Assembly (NCBI GenBank): GCA_944351415.1
Contig: CALVPQ010000003.1
Span: forward strand, 977-64,976
Direction: 5' to 3'
DNA length: 64,000 nucleotides
Source: an uncultured Clostridia bacterium
Lineage (GTDB): Bacteria; Bacillota; Clostridia; Christensenellales; UBA1242
Every line of letters starts with the position of its first letter. Position 1 is the stretch's first letter. The position numbers and the translations under genes were made by a program. This document shows positions 1-9,825 of the stretch, in pieces. A model generated the notes under the pieces. It saw nothing but the letters and a program-made list of their open reading frames with translations, was not told the DNA's origin and made no database searches.

Positions 1-1
1 C

Positions 2-796
2 TTTGAAATCACAAAAAATGAAACTCAAAAAATTGTTGTTTCTATTGAAAACAAAGTTGATTCTGACCAGCACGACAATCAACTTGAAAAATATAAAAAC
101 TTCCTTTGTAGCGGAAAATATAAAAACTATAAAAAAGTTATGCTATATTTAACCCCTAACAAAGCAAATTCGAGTTATGCTGAATGGCTTGAAATAGATT
201 ACAAATTTATATTCAATGTTTTGCAAAAAGTCAACATAGACTCAGCCGACAACACAATTAAAACACTTATTGAGGATTACAAAAAAATAATAGGAAGGGA
301 ATTTAATATGAACAATGAATTTGAATTGAAAAAACAAGCATTAGAGATATATAGAAACAATAAAAAAGTATTAGATTTTATCTTTGAAAGCAAGCCTAAT
401 TGGATACAAGAAACATCAAAGATTTTATGTAAATTACTTGAACAAAAAGGTGCAACCATTGTAACGGAAAATAAAAAACAACTTGTTCCAACAACAAATA
501 GAGGTCAAGTGAATTTGATGTTTAGAATAAACGAACTTGTAAATTACCCAACTCACTACTTTCAAATATGCGTAAATGAAATGTCTTTGTTGTTTGTAAA
601 GAATTCTACTCAAAATCAATGTCCAAAACAATGGTTGTTTGGAAGTAAACAAGATTCAAGTGAGGCAGTTGAAAAATACCAACAACTTGTTTTGAATGAT
701 AATGCACAATTTTTAGAAGAAGATTGCAAGCAAATAGTAGAGAAAATGTTTGAGCCAAATGGTGCTATTTCAAAAGCACTTGCAACTCTAAATTAA
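2..796 (+). CDS. PD-(D/E)XK nuclease-family protein (5' end outside window)
   Basis: The frame is open from the window edge to TAA at 794-796, so the ORF-track Met at 140 is internal. The upstream part reads VVSIENKVDSDQHDNQLEKYKNFL...VMLYLTPNK. This shows the E-x-K, NQL-x-Y and YLT pattern I associate with PDDEXK_4-type nucleases. The rest has no recognisable motif. Confidence 0.45.
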   Translation, partial: FEITKNETQKIVVSIENKVDSDQHDNQLEKYKNFLCSGKYKNYKKVMLYLTPNKANSSYAEWLEIDYKFIFNVLQKVNIDSADNTIKTLIEDYKKIIGREFNMNNEFELKKQALEIYRNNKKVLDFIFESKPNWIQETSKILCKLLEQKGATIVTENKKQLVPTTNRGQVNLMFRINELVNYPTHYFQICVNEMSLLFVKNSTQNQCPKQWLFGSKQDSSEAVEKYQQLVLNDNAQFLEEDCKQIVEKMFEPNGAISKALATLN

Positions 797-1092
797 GAAG
801 TTGAAACTATAAGACTTTTCAATATAAATTTAGGAAATCAACACACAAAAGCAGGAACAAAAGTAAAAAAACTGAAAAAGTCAAATGGAAAATTATATAT
901 GAATATCAACATAAAAAATACGAGATAATTGATTACTTTCCAATCAATGCTAGTTCAGCTGATGCTCGTAAATATGTTGTTGAAAAAATAGTTGGAACTT
1001 ACCAATTCCACATTTTATTCTTTTACAAATATTAAAAATTTTATTTAACATTTAGCAAAAACATTAGACTATTTTTGAAAAGTAAGATTTAA

Positions 1093-1628
1093 TTGAATTT
1101 AGAAGGTAAAATTATGGTATTAAAATATTCTTTACCTAACACCTTCAAACTTGTTGATTCTGCAAATGTTTCGGTAATTTTCGGTGAGAACAATGAAATT
1201 TTGGCGACCTTGCTAGCAATATTTGTTGTTACTATTTTGAGAATTATGAATGTTATAATGCTGAAACCCCTAACGAAGTGTTAAATAAAGCTAAAAAATT
1301 ATTAACACAATATGAAACTGAATACCTAGCAAAACTAGACTTGTTTGTAATAGATTTAGATAAAATTTCAAATATATTTGACAGCGAAAAACTCTTTAAA
1401 TTACTTTCAGAGTTAAACGAATTGTCTAAAACAAACAACTTCAAAACTTTTGTATTGTTTACAACTGAAAACAATTTGTTGATTTCAAAAGTTTATTCAA
1501 ATTTTACACCCGAGCAAAAACAACAAATTCTCTTTTTGAAAGTGAACGACGTGAACAAACGGCGGGGCTACCACAAAAACAAAAGTATGACGATAAGACA
1601 TACTTTTGTTTTTTTTGCGGAGAAATAA
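1093..1628 (+). pseudogene. Frameshifted ORF pair, possibly a decayed gene of unknown function
   Basis: ORFs 1093-1284 and 1278-1628 overlap in different frames. The second frame stays open back to 1197, so one indel near 1190-1200 would fuse them. The last ~16 codons run through a terminator hairpin. The N-terminus (VIFGENNEILATLL) only superficially resembles an ATPase N-terminus and has no GxxGxGK. Confidence 0.3.
1579..1616 (+). terminator. Intrinsic terminator
   Basis: An 11-bp stem ACAAAAGTATG / CATACTTTTGT with a 9-nt loop is followed by T8. Confidence 0.7.
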
Positions 1629-1640
1629 AATATTCTCAAT

Positions 1641-1668
1641 AAAAAAATCGAGAAAAATTAATTCTCGA
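1641..1668 (-). terminator. Intrinsic terminator, probably for the cadCA transcript
   Basis: The stem TCGAGAA / TTCTCGA (1648-1654 / 1662-1668) is followed on the minus strand by U7 (A-run 1641-1647). Confidence 0.6.
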
Positions 1669-1731
1669 TTTGAATTATAAAAAATTATCTATTTTAAAAA
1701 TTAAAAGTTGTATTCTAAATTTATTTATTTA

Positions 1732-1815
1732 AACTGTGTGATGGGTGTGCTAGGCACACAAATTCGCTAGAATTTATAAAATTTTATGTTAATAAAATTT
1801 TAACATCACACAGTT
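1732..1815. other. Compound hairpin element (12-bp outer stem enclosing several small hairpins)
   Basis: AACTGTGTGATG (1732-1743) pairs perfectly with CATCACACAGTT (1804-1815). Inside are GTGTGC-TAG-GCACAC (1745-1759) and AAATTC-GCTA-GAATTT (1760-1775). There are also two copies of the palindrome ATAAAATTTTA (1776-1786, 1792-1802). The element lies between the cadA stop and the terminator at 1641-1668. Confidence 0.45.
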
Positions 1816-1928
1816 GTATCAAATAACTAAAGATTATTGTCATAATTGGTGATTTAAAACATGAAAGATTTATTATTAACACAGAAAAAACATTTTATTA
1901 TTCATTTAATTATAACGTTTTTTAAAAA

Positions 1929-3962
1929 TTATTTTACCCTATAGAATAAAGCTCTCATACTGTTTAATATAGCGAGTAAGGTTACACCAACATCAGCAAA
2001 AACTGCACTTAACATACCTGTTATTCCTAGAGCACCTAAAAGTAGGAATGTAAATTTTATACCAGCTGATAATATTATATTTTCCCATACAATTTTTCGT
2101 GTGTATTTGGAAATTTTTATAGCAGTTGAAACCTTTTTAGGATTATCATCAACAAGAACAATATCAGATGCTTCTATACTTGCTGGGCTGCCATTTATGC
2201 CCATACTTATTCCCACATCTGCAAGCATAAGTGATGGTGCATCATTTATTCCGTCACCCACATAACCAAGGAACAATTTTTTATCTTTTTTAAGTTCTTC
2301 TATATATTCATATTTGTTTTGTGGAAGAAGTTGATATTTAATTTCATCAATTTTTAAAATTTCACCAACTTGTTTTACTACTTCTTTTGAATCACCTGAT
2401 AGCATAATAGTTTTTATGCCCATATTTTTTAGTTCGCTACAAGCATCTAAAGAACTATCTTTTATTTTATCACTTAAAATTATTTCACCGATTTTTAAAT
2501 TGTTTTTATATACTTCAACTTTTGTATTTGCCTGTTCTTTAGTTTTTCTTCCAACAAAATAATTATCTTTTTTATAGCTATAATAGATACCTTCTCCTGC
2601 AACTTCTTTAACATCTTTCACAGGTTCAAGTTCTTTTTTATTAAACTCTAGAATAGATTTAGCAAGTGGGTGTAGTGAGTTTTGTTCCCCTAAACTTGCA
2701 AAGAAAACTATATCTTCTTTAGAATAATCACCTGTCGATACAATATCCTTTACTTCAAATTTTCCTGTTGTTAAGGTTCCTGTTTTGTCGAATGCAACTA
2801 CTTTTAATTTTGCACAAGCATCAAGATAATTTGAACCTTTTATCAATACTCCATTTCTTGAAGCATTGCCAAGCCCTGAAAAATAAGATAACGGAACAGA
2901 AATTGCAAAAGCACAAGGGCAAGAAACAACCAAAAATATAAGTCCACGATATATTGCAGTGTCAATATTGCCTGTTACCGCCCAAACAATACCCCATACA
3001 AGCACTGCAAGAACTATAACAGCTAAAGTATACCACTTAGCAATCTTTGAAATTAATGTTTCTGTTTTAGATTTTCGCTCTGCTGCATTCTCTATTAGAT
3101 TTACGATTTTACTTATAGTGCTATCGTGGTATTCTGTTGTTACTTCTATATTTAAAACACCATCTAAGACAATAGAACCTGATAAAATATTATCACCCTC
3201 CTTGATGTTGGCGGGAATACTCTCTCCCGTAAGGCTTTGAACATCAAGAGAGCAATATCCTTTTATAACCTTGCCATCAAGAGCAACTCTTTCGCCAGGT
3301 TTTACTATTATAATATCGCCAATCTTGACTTGAGATGGGTCAACTCTTTTTTCTTTGCCATTCTCTAGGACAACTGCATATTCAGGTTGCATTTTGGTTA
3401 ATTTTTCAATTGAATTGCGAGACTTGTTTACTGCAACATTTTCTAAAATCTTACCTATTGTATAAAGACCAACAACCATTAAGGATTCCATATATTCGCC
3501 AAGGCAAGCCGCACCCACAACTGAGAGTGTTATTAATAAGTTCTCGTTGATTTTACCCTTTATTAATAATAAAAAAGCTTTAATATAAGTTTTGTATCCT
3601 AAAAATAATGCACTTAGAACAAAAAGAAGCCAAAATGCCCAAGTCGGCAATTCTATTAAAAGTGCACAAAGCCCTAATGCAATACCAATAGCAAGTATTG
3701 ATATATCAAATATAAGCTCCTTTATCTTATTTGTTTTATTCTTTTCTTTTTCAATTATAAGTTTAGCACTTGGCTCTGTTTGCTTTATAACTCTTTTTAT
3801 CTCGCTTATTGCTAATTTTTCATCATTACAGTCAAAGGTTAATTTTTTATTTATAAAATCTATGTTGGCATTTTCAACAATATCAAGTTTATTTATTTCA
3901 CATTCCAAAGCTCTTGCACAATTAGGACAATCAAGCCCTTCTATTTTAATCTTTTTCTTCAT
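1929..3962 (-). CDS. cadA: Heavy-metal (Cd/Zn-type) translocating P1B-type ATPase
   Basis: It has an HMA domain (GLDCPNCA), CPC in SCPCAFAISVP, DKTGTLT and GDGINDAP. ATG 3962 is preceded by GGAGAG. The ORF-track start at 3998 lies inside cadC. Confidence 0.85.
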   Translation of the reverse strand: MKKKIKIEGLDCPNCARALECEINKLDIVENANIDFINKKLTFDCNDEKLAISEIKRVIKQTEPSAKLIIEKEKNKTNKIKELIFDISILAIGIALGLCALLIELPTWAFWLLFVLSALFLGYKTYIKAFLLLIKGKINENLLITLSVVGAACLGEYMESLMVVGLYTIGKILENVAVNKSRNSIEKLTKMQPEYAVVLENGKEKRVDPSQVKIGDIIIVKPGERVALDGKVIKGYCSLDVQSLTGESIPANIKEGDNILSGSIVLDGVLNIEVTTEYHDSTISKIVNLIENAAERKSKTETLISKIAKWYTLAVIVLAVLVWGIVWAVTGNIDTAIYRGLIFLVVSCPCAFAISVPLSYFSGLGNASRNGVLIKGSNYLDACAKLKVVAFDKTGTLTTGKFEVKDIVSTGDYSKEDIVFFASLGEQNSLHPLAKSILEFNKKELEPVKDVKEVAGEGIYYSYKKDNYFVGRKTKEQANTKVEVYKNNLKIGEIILSDKIKDSSLDACSELKNMGIKTIMLSGDSKEVVKQVGEILKIDEIKYQLLPQNKYEYIEELKKDKKLFLGYVGDGINDAPSLMLADVGISMGINGSPASIEASDIVLVDDNPKKVSTAIKISKYTRKIVWENIILSAGIKFTFLLLGALGITGMLSAVFADVGVTLLAILNSMRALFYRVK

Positions 3963-4323
3963 TATTTCTCTCCATAACATGAATTTTGCAAATATCAAAT
4001 ACTTCTAAAACATGTTCATCTGCCAAACTATAATATATTTCTTTACCTTGTCTGCGACATTTTATTAAATTCATTTCTCTTAAATTTTTTAATTGATGTG
4101 AAACAGAGGACTTTGTCATGTTTAGAAGAACAGAAATATCACAGACACATAACTCACCTTCTCTTATAACATCTATGATTTTAATTCGTGTGCTATCAGA
4201 AAGTGCCTTATAAAAGTCTGCCATATCAAGAAGAATGCTTTCATCTAACATCTTCTCTCTAACATCATTTACTGCATCTTGATGAATAATATCACAATCA
4301 CAAATCATTTCACTTTTTCCCAT
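3946..4323 (-). CDS. cadC: ArsR/SmtB-family metalloregulator (CadC-like)
   Basis: The wHTH is ELCVCDISVLLNMTKSSVSHQLKNLRE, and there is an N-terminal CDC. ATG 4323 has AAGGAGA upstream. The gene overlaps the cadA start by 17 nt. Confidence 0.8.
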   Translation of the reverse strand: MGKSEMICDCDIIHQDAVNDVREKMLDESILLDMADFYKALSDSTRIKIIDVIREGELCVCDISVLLNMTKSSVSHQLKNLREMNLIKCRRQGKEIYYSLADEHVLEVFDICKIHVMERNNEEKD

Positions 4324-4352
4324 AAAATCTCCTTTTACACAGTTGAAGATAT

Positions 4353-4395
4353 ATTCAACTGTTATATTATAGTTGAATATCCATTCAATTGTCAA
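4353..4395 (-). promoter_or_regulatory. cadCA promoter with overlapping ArsR-type operator
   Basis: On the minus strand, TTGACA (4390-4395) is separated by 18 nt from TATAAT (4366-4371). A perfect inverted repeat ATTCAACT-N10-AGTTGAAT (4353-4378) straddles the -10. A third TTCAACT half-site lies just downstream. Confidence 0.65.
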
Positions 4396-4489
4396 CAAAA
4401 ATTTAAACTTTTTTTAAAAAAAATTATTTAATAACTATTTTTCAGTTATATTACTGTATAATATCTTGATAAAGTTAATGTTTTTAAAT

Positions 4490-4565
4490 AATAAAACAAA
4501 AAACTACACAAATTTGAAGTTCCTTCTTTGTTAAGGCATTTTGTCAACTTCATATTTTGTGTAGT
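4490..4565 (-). terminator. Long-stem intrinsic terminator
   Basis: ACTACACAAA..TGAAGTT (4503-4521) pairs with AACTTCA..TTTGTGTAGT (4546-4565). This gives 10 + 7 bp with an inner CCTT/AAGG hairpin. On the minus strand it is followed by TTTTTTGTTTT. Confidence 0.7.
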
Positions 4566-4578
4566 ATCTTATAAATTT

Positions 4579-5400
4579 CTAATCTTTCATTTCATACCAA
4601 CTTGCGATGTGATGAATAGAAATACCAAAGTTTGATGGAATAGATGCTTGAACTAATTTTAATTGTTCTTCCATGTATACCCTTCCTTCTTGAGCATAAG
4701 TAACAACTTCTTCTTCCTCTGTTTCCCCTGTTTCAGCACCTAAGACAACAATTTTATTTGTTGATTTTGCATACTCTAATTCTTCGCTGGCAACATTTAG
4801 CATACCTTCACTGCTATCTCGATAGCTCATTATAAAAACTCTATCTGCATAGTCTATTATATGTTGATATGTTGGCTTTGTTTCTCCATTATAAGTTATT
4901 TCATCATCAAGCCAAAAAGCTATATCATAGTCAAATTGTATTTGTGGATAAGTTTGCTTTAAATTATAAACAATATCTATCAGATTATATAATAGAAGCT
5001 GTCTATTCTGGTCAAAATTATCATCTTGATGAGGTTCAATATCCAGATGAATTCCATCATATTTTTGTTTATTAGAATTATTATATGAAATATATCTTCC
5101 TATCTCTTGATATAATCCTTGTGGCTCTCGTAGCCATTCAACTTCACCTATAAGCCAATATACATCTATATTTTGTTTGTTTGCTTCTTTTATAAAATTT
5201 GATGATGTTTCGTTCAAATCTCCTTCGCAAAAATATATTTCATTAACTCCACTATCTTTTGCAAAATCAAGATATTCACTGCTGAGTTGACTATTCCACC
5301 ACCATACTCCCATAATTTGTTCATTTTTATTAGAACAACTTATACAAAATAAAAAGGAGAATGTTAGCAATAAGCATAAAATTAAATTATATTTTTTCAT
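4579..5400 (-). CDS. Lipoprotein, possibly a TIM-barrel glycoside-hydrolase-like fold
   Basis: There is a signal peptide plus lipobox (LFCISC). The pattern GVNEIYF...DVYWLIGE...GIHLDIEPH...IMSYRD resembles GH-like TIM-barrel lipoproteins. The start was chosen at MKKYNL. Confidence 0.5.
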   Translation of the reverse strand: MKKYNLILCLLLTFSFLFCISCSNKNEQIMGVWWWNSQLSSEYLDFAKDSGVNEIYFCEGDLNETSSNFIKEANKQNIDVYWLIGEVEWLREPQGLYQEIGRYISYNNSNKQKYDGIHLDIEPHQDDNFDQNRQLLLYNLIDIVYNLKQTYPQIQFDYDIAFWLDDEITYNGETKPTYQHIIDYADRVFIMSYRDSSEGMLNVASEELEYAKSTNKIVVLGAETGETEEEEVVTYAQEGRVYMEEQLKLVQASIPSNFGISIHHIASWYEMKD

Positions 5401-5439
5401 AATTTTCACCATAATAAAAACAATATCTATATATTTATA

Positions 5440-6078
5440 TTACATTAAAATAACATCAATTGTAAAACTAAAATCTATTTCGCTAACATAAAAATTTAAC
5501 TCGCAATCGTTTTCTAAAACTAAAATATAGAATGACATTTGTTTATCTAGTATAGCACCATTATTTGCACTGCACTCAATATTTGGATATTGAATTATTT
5601 CTCCGTTCAAATCATAAAGTTCAATATTAAATTGTATCACATTTGAATTTGCATATAAAATATTATCTTTATATTGGCAATTGATTGTTTGAATTAATTC
5701 ATATTCATAATCAATACTCATCACATTGATTGTGAAAGTGTCTTTTGAAATAGAACCATCTGTAACCGCTGTTAAGGTCACTTTTACCTGCCCACTTTTT
5801 AAGGCAACTATTCTATCATTATTTATGTCTATAATTCCTTCGTTATCAATATCAATATTTACGTAAGCATTTTCAACATTTACATCATAATAATCTTCAC
5901 GTGTTTCACCTATAAGCATAACTATATCTTCCGCTTTTATTCTGAGTATAGTTTGTTCAGCTGAAGAATTATTTTTAATTAAAACAAGAAATACAACCAA
6001 CATAATTATGCTGATTGCAAGAATAATTAAACTTGTTATAATGGTTGCTATTCTTTTATGTTCGATATTTATTTTCAC
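5440..6078 (-). CDS. Membrane-anchored protein with Ig-like (Big_2-like) domain
   Basis: It has an N-terminal TM segment (IITSLIILAISIIMLVVFLVLI) and GQVKVTLTAVTDGSISKDTFTINV. It starts with GTG and has no clear SD. Confidence 0.5.
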   Translation of the reverse strand: MKINIEHKRIATIITSLIILAISIIMLVVFLVLIKNNSSAEQTILRIKAEDIVMLIGETREDYYDVNVENAYVNIDIDNEGIIDINNDRIVALKSGQVKVTLTAVTDGSISKDTFTINVMSIDYEYELIQTINCQYKDNILYANSNVIQFNIELYDLNGEIIQYPNIECSANNGAILDKQMSFYILVLENDCELNFYVSEIDFSFTIDVILM

Positions 6079-6130
6079 ATAAAAATAATATCAAAAATTG
6101 TCGAAAAATCAAAGTATTTTTTTAGAAAAA

Positions 6131-6179
6131 TAAAAAAGACCTACATAATATACGTTTTTATAAATGTAGGTCTTTTTCT
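6131..6179. terminator. Bidirectional intrinsic terminator downstream of rpoC
   Basis: A 10-bp stem AGACCTACAT / ATGTAGGTCT (6137-6146 / 6164-6173) is flanked by an A-run and a T-run. Confidence 0.75.
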
Positions 6180-6197
6180 TTAGTCTATATTTTATGT

Positions 6198-9100
6198 TTA
6201 CTCTGCTATTGAATCCATTATTGAATCTTGGTCGTCAGTTGTTTCATCTTTAACTACAATTGGCATAACAGAACGATATTTCTTTACACCTGTTCCTGCT
6301 GGAATAAGTTTTCCGATAATAACGTTTTCTTTTAAACCTAAAAGATTATCAACTTTACCTTTAACAGATGCATCTGTTAGAGTTCTTGATGTTTCTTGGA
6401 ATGAAGCAGCTGATAAGAAACTTTCTGTTGAAAGAGATGCTTTGGTAATACCTAATAAGATTCTCTTAACAGTGGCTGGAATACCACCTTCTTGCAAAAT
6501 TCTATCATTTTCTTCATCAACCTTATAGACATCTACAACTTCACCTGGAAGAAGATTTGTATCTCCAGCACTTTCCACCTTAACTTTCTTAAGCATCTGA
6601 CGTATAATAATCTCTACGTGTTTATCATTAACTTTAACATCTTGTCCACGATATGTTGCAATTACTTGATTTAATAAATACTCTTGCAAGCCTTTAACTC
6701 CTTTCATTCTAAGAAGGTCTGAAGGGTTAATAGCACCTGCTGTAAGTTGAGTTCCTGGTTCAACAGTTTCGCCATTCTTAACCATTAAAACAACAGGCTT
6801 CTTTGCTTCATATTCAACATCGCCATCTCTAGATGCAACGGTGAAATAATAATATTTTGCATCTTGTTTGATTGTGATTTTTCCAGCAACCTCTGAAAGT
6901 AAAGCCTCTCCTTTTGGCTTTCTTGCTTCAAAAATCTCTTCAACTCTAGGAAGACCTTGAGTAATGTCAAGAGCAGAAGCAACACCACCTGAGTGGAAGG
7001 TTCTCATTGTAAGCTGAGTTCCTGGTTCACCAATTGACTGAGCAGCAACAATACCAACAGCTTCACCAATTGTAACCATATTTTTATTAGATAGGTCTCT
7101 TCCATAGCACTTAGCACATACACCATGTTTGCAACGACAAGTGAAAAGTGAACGAATTTGAACTTTTTTGATTCCTGCCTTTTCTATTTCTTCTGATTGT
7201 TCCTTAGAAATCATTGTGTTGCCTTCAACAATAAGTTCTCCTGTTTGAGGATTAACTATATCTTCTACAGCCACACGACCATAAATTCTTTCAGCAAGAC
7301 TTTCTTGAACAACCCCATCAACAACAAGGTCACTTACCCATACACCTTTAACTTTTTCACCTGCTTCTGCGAAGCAATCTTCAGTAGTAACCACTACATC
7401 TTGTGATATGTCTACTAGACGACGTGTTAAATATCCAGAATCGGCTGTTTTTAGGGCTGTGTCTGTTAGACCTTTTCTAGCACCACGAGCTGTTAAGAAA
7501 TATTCAATTGGTGTAAGTCCATGAACAAATGATGATTTGATTGGAACATCAATTTTTTCACCTGAAGCGGTTGTTTTAATACCCGCCATACCACAAAGAG
7601 CATTTAGCTGGTCTTTAGAACCACGAGCGCCAGAAATACACATAACTTTGAATGGGTTTAAGTCGTCCATGCCATCAAATAGTGCAGTTTCAACTTTAGC
7701 CTTAGTTTCTCCCCATAGTTGTATATTATTTCTAACCTTTTCATCATAAGTAATAAGACCACGTTTGAAGAGTTTTTCATTTTCAAGTGCCTTTTGGTCT
7801 GCTTCAGACAATATTTCTTTTTTATCTTTTGGTTCTTCTATATCAAAAGCATTTACAGTTAAAGCACCTAGTGTTGAATATTTATATCCTGTTTCTTTTA
7901 TAATATCAACAAGCTTTGCACAGGCTGTTGTGCCATACTTATCATAAGCACGAGCAAGAATAGCACGTAAATCTTTCTTAATAACATTTCTATTAAATTC
8001 AAGTTCGCATATATTTTCTTCTTTACTTCTATCAACAAAACCTAAGTCTTGTGGAATCTTTTCATTAAATAAAATTCTACCAACTGTGGTTTCTATTAAC
8101 TTAGAATATTTTTTACCATTAACTTCTCTTTCAATTCTAACCTTAATCTTTGCTTGAATATGAAGATTTTGTGTTTGATATGCAATTATTGCTTCTTCTT
8201 TAGAAGAATAAATATTGCCCTCACCTAAAGCGCCAGGCTTTATCATTGTCATATATGCACAACCAAGAACGATGTCTTGTGATGGTGTTACTATAGGTTC
8301 ACCATTTGAAAGTTTTAAAATGTTATTTGATGCAAGCATGAGTGTTCTTGCTTCAGTTCGTGCATCAATAGAAAGTGGAACGTGAACTGACATTTGGTCA
8401 CCATCAAAGTCAGCATTGAAAGCTTCACAACAAGCTGGGTGAAGTTTTATTGCCCTACCTTCAACAAGCACTGGTTCGAATGCCTGAACAGAAAGTCTGT
8501 GCAGTGTTGGAGCACGGTTAAGGAATACTGGGTGGTCTTTAATAACATCTGCAAGTATATCCCATACAACAGGCTTTTCTTTCTCAATCATACGTTTTGC
8601 AGCCTTAATATTATGTGACTTATTAAGGTCTACAAGTCTATTCATAATAAATGGTTTGAAGAGTTCTAGTGCCATTTCTTTTGGCAAGCCACATTGATAC
8701 ATCTTAAGTTCTGGACCAACAACGATAACAGAACGGCCTGAATAGTCAACACGTTTTCCAAGAAGGTTTAATCTGAAACGTCCTTGTTTACCTCCAAGCA
8801 TTGCGGTAAGTGATTTTAAATCTCTTTGTTTTGAAGATTGAACAGCCTTACCACGTTTTCCATTATCAATAAGATTATCAACAGCTTCTTGAAGCATACG
8901 TTTTTCGTTACGAATGATTACATCAGGAGCTCCAAGTTCTATAAGTTTCTTTAAACGATTATTTCTATTAATTACCCTTCTATAAAGGTCATTTAAGTCA
9001 CTAGTAGCATAACGTCCACCATCAAGAGGAACCATTGGTCTAAGGTCTGGTGGAAGAACAGGAATGACATCGAGAACCATCCAAGTTGGGTTGTTTCCAC

Positions 9101-9758
9101 TTGAAAGGAAGGATTCAACAACATCAAGTTTCTTCATTGCCTTTAGTTTGCGTTGACCTTTTAAAGTATTTAAAGCCTCTTTAAGTGATTTTGATTCTTT
9201 TTCAAGGTCAACTTCACCAAGAAGACGTTTTATTGCCTCTGCACCCATTCCAACTTCAAATGCATCAGCACCATATTTTTCACAAGCATCAGCATATTCC
9301 TTGTCAGTGATAACTTGCTTGTATGCAAGGTCTGTTTTCTTAGGGTCAAGAACCACATAACAAACATAATATACCACTTGCTCAAGAAGTTTTGGAGTCA
9401 TTTCAAGAAGTGTGCCTATCTTTGAAGGGATATTTCTGAAATACCAAATATGAGTGCAAGGAGATGCTAGTTCAATATGCCCCATACGTTCACGTCTAAC
9501 TTTTGCTCTTGTAACTTCAACTCCGCACTTATCGCAGACTACACCTTTATAGCGTATTCTCTTATAACGACCGCATTGGCACTCCCAGTCTTTTCTAGGT
9601 CCAAAAATCTTTTCGCAGAAAAGACCATCTCTCTCAGGTTTTTGAGTTCGATAGTTAATTGTTTCTGGTTTTGTAACTTCACCATGAGACCATTCCCTTA
9701 TTTTTTCTGGGGAAGCTATACCAATTTTTATGGAATCAAAATTATTCAATTCAAACAT
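6198..9758 (-). CDS. rpoC: DNA-directed RNA polymerase subunit beta'
   Basis: The 1186-aa product has a Zn-binding CQCGRYK...CDKCG and the catalytic NADFDGD. The SD is AGGAGA. Confidence 0.98.
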   Translation of the reverse strand: MFELNNFDSIKIGIASPEKIREWSHGEVTKPETINYRTQKPERDGLFCEKIFGPRKDWECQCGRYKRIRYKGVVCDKCGVEVTRAKVRRERMGHIELASPCTHIWYFRNIPSKIGTLLEMTPKLLEQVVYYVCYVVLDPKKTDLAYKQVITDKEYADACEKYGADAFEVGMGAEAIKRLLGEVDLEKESKSLKEALNTLKGQRKLKAMKKLDVVESFLSSGNNPTWMVLDVIPVLPPDLRPMVPLDGGRYATSDLNDLYRRVINRNNRLKKLIELGAPDVIIRNEKRMLQEAVDNLIDNGKRGKAVQSSKQRDLKSLTAMLGGKQGRFRLNLLGKRVDYSGRSVIVVGPELKMYQCGLPKEMALELFKPFIMNRLVDLNKSHNIKAAKRMIEKEKPVVWDILADVIKDHPVFLNRAPTLHRLSVQAFEPVLVEGRAIKLHPACCEAFNADFDGDQMSVHVPLSIDARTEARTLMLASNNILKLSNGEPIVTPSQDIVLGCAYMTMIKPGALGEGNIYSSKEEAIIAYQTQNLHIQAKIKVRIEREVNGKKYSKLIETTVGRILFNEKIPQDLGFVDRSKEENICELEFNRNVIKKDLRAILARAYDKYGTTACAKLVDIIKETGYKYSTLGALTVNAFDIEEPKDKKEILSEADQKALENEKLFKRGLITYDEKVRNNIQLWGETKAKVETALFDGMDDLNPFKVMCISGARGSKDQLNALCGMAGIKTTASGEKIDVPIKSSFVHGLTPIEYFLTARGARKGLTDTALKTADSGYLTRRLVDISQDVVVTTEDCFAEAGEKVKGVWVSDLVVDGVVQESLAERIYGRVAVEDIVNPQTGELIVEGNTMISKEQSEEIEKAGIKKVQIRSLFTCRCKHGVCAKCYGRDLSNKNMVTIGEAVGIVAAQSIGEPGTQLTMRTFHSGGVASALDITQGLPRVEEIFEARKPKGEALLSEVAGKITIKQDAKYYYFTVASRDGDVEYEAKKPVVLMVKNGETVEPGTQLTAGAINPSDLLRMKGVKGLQEYLLNQVIATYRGQDVKVNDKHVEIIIRQMLKKVKVESAGDTNLLPGEVVDVYKVDEENDRILQEGGIPATVKRILLGITKASLSTESFLSAASFQETSRTLTDASVKGKVDNLLGLKENVIIGKLIPAGTGVKKYRSVMPIVVKDETTDDQDSIMDSIAE

Positions 9759-9825
9759 AACATTCTCCTACTTTTTGCTATTTATAATCTTTTTTCAAAT
9801 TTTGAAAAAATAAATTTTATTTCTA

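Noticed and set aside
1115-1284. A P-loop (AAA/ABC-type) ATPase N-terminus, based on VIFGENNEILATLL.
   Set aside because: There is no GxxGxGK[ST] in either reading frame around the frameshift, and the total length is far too short. The resemblance is superficial.
3592-4008. The 138-aa plus-strand ORF, and similar antisense ORFs at 277-459, 434-652, 2959-3240, 3335-3550, 7197-8618, 9477-9911, 9795-10055, 14329-14571, 15525-15728, 21687-21872, 26347-26649, 32694-33044, 33549-33809, 53331-53675, 56179-56655 and 57145-57363.
   Set aside because: All lie antisense to, or out of frame within, genes with strong motif support. They have low-complexity or hydrophobic translations, no SD and no recognisable motifs. 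They are typical shadow ORFs.
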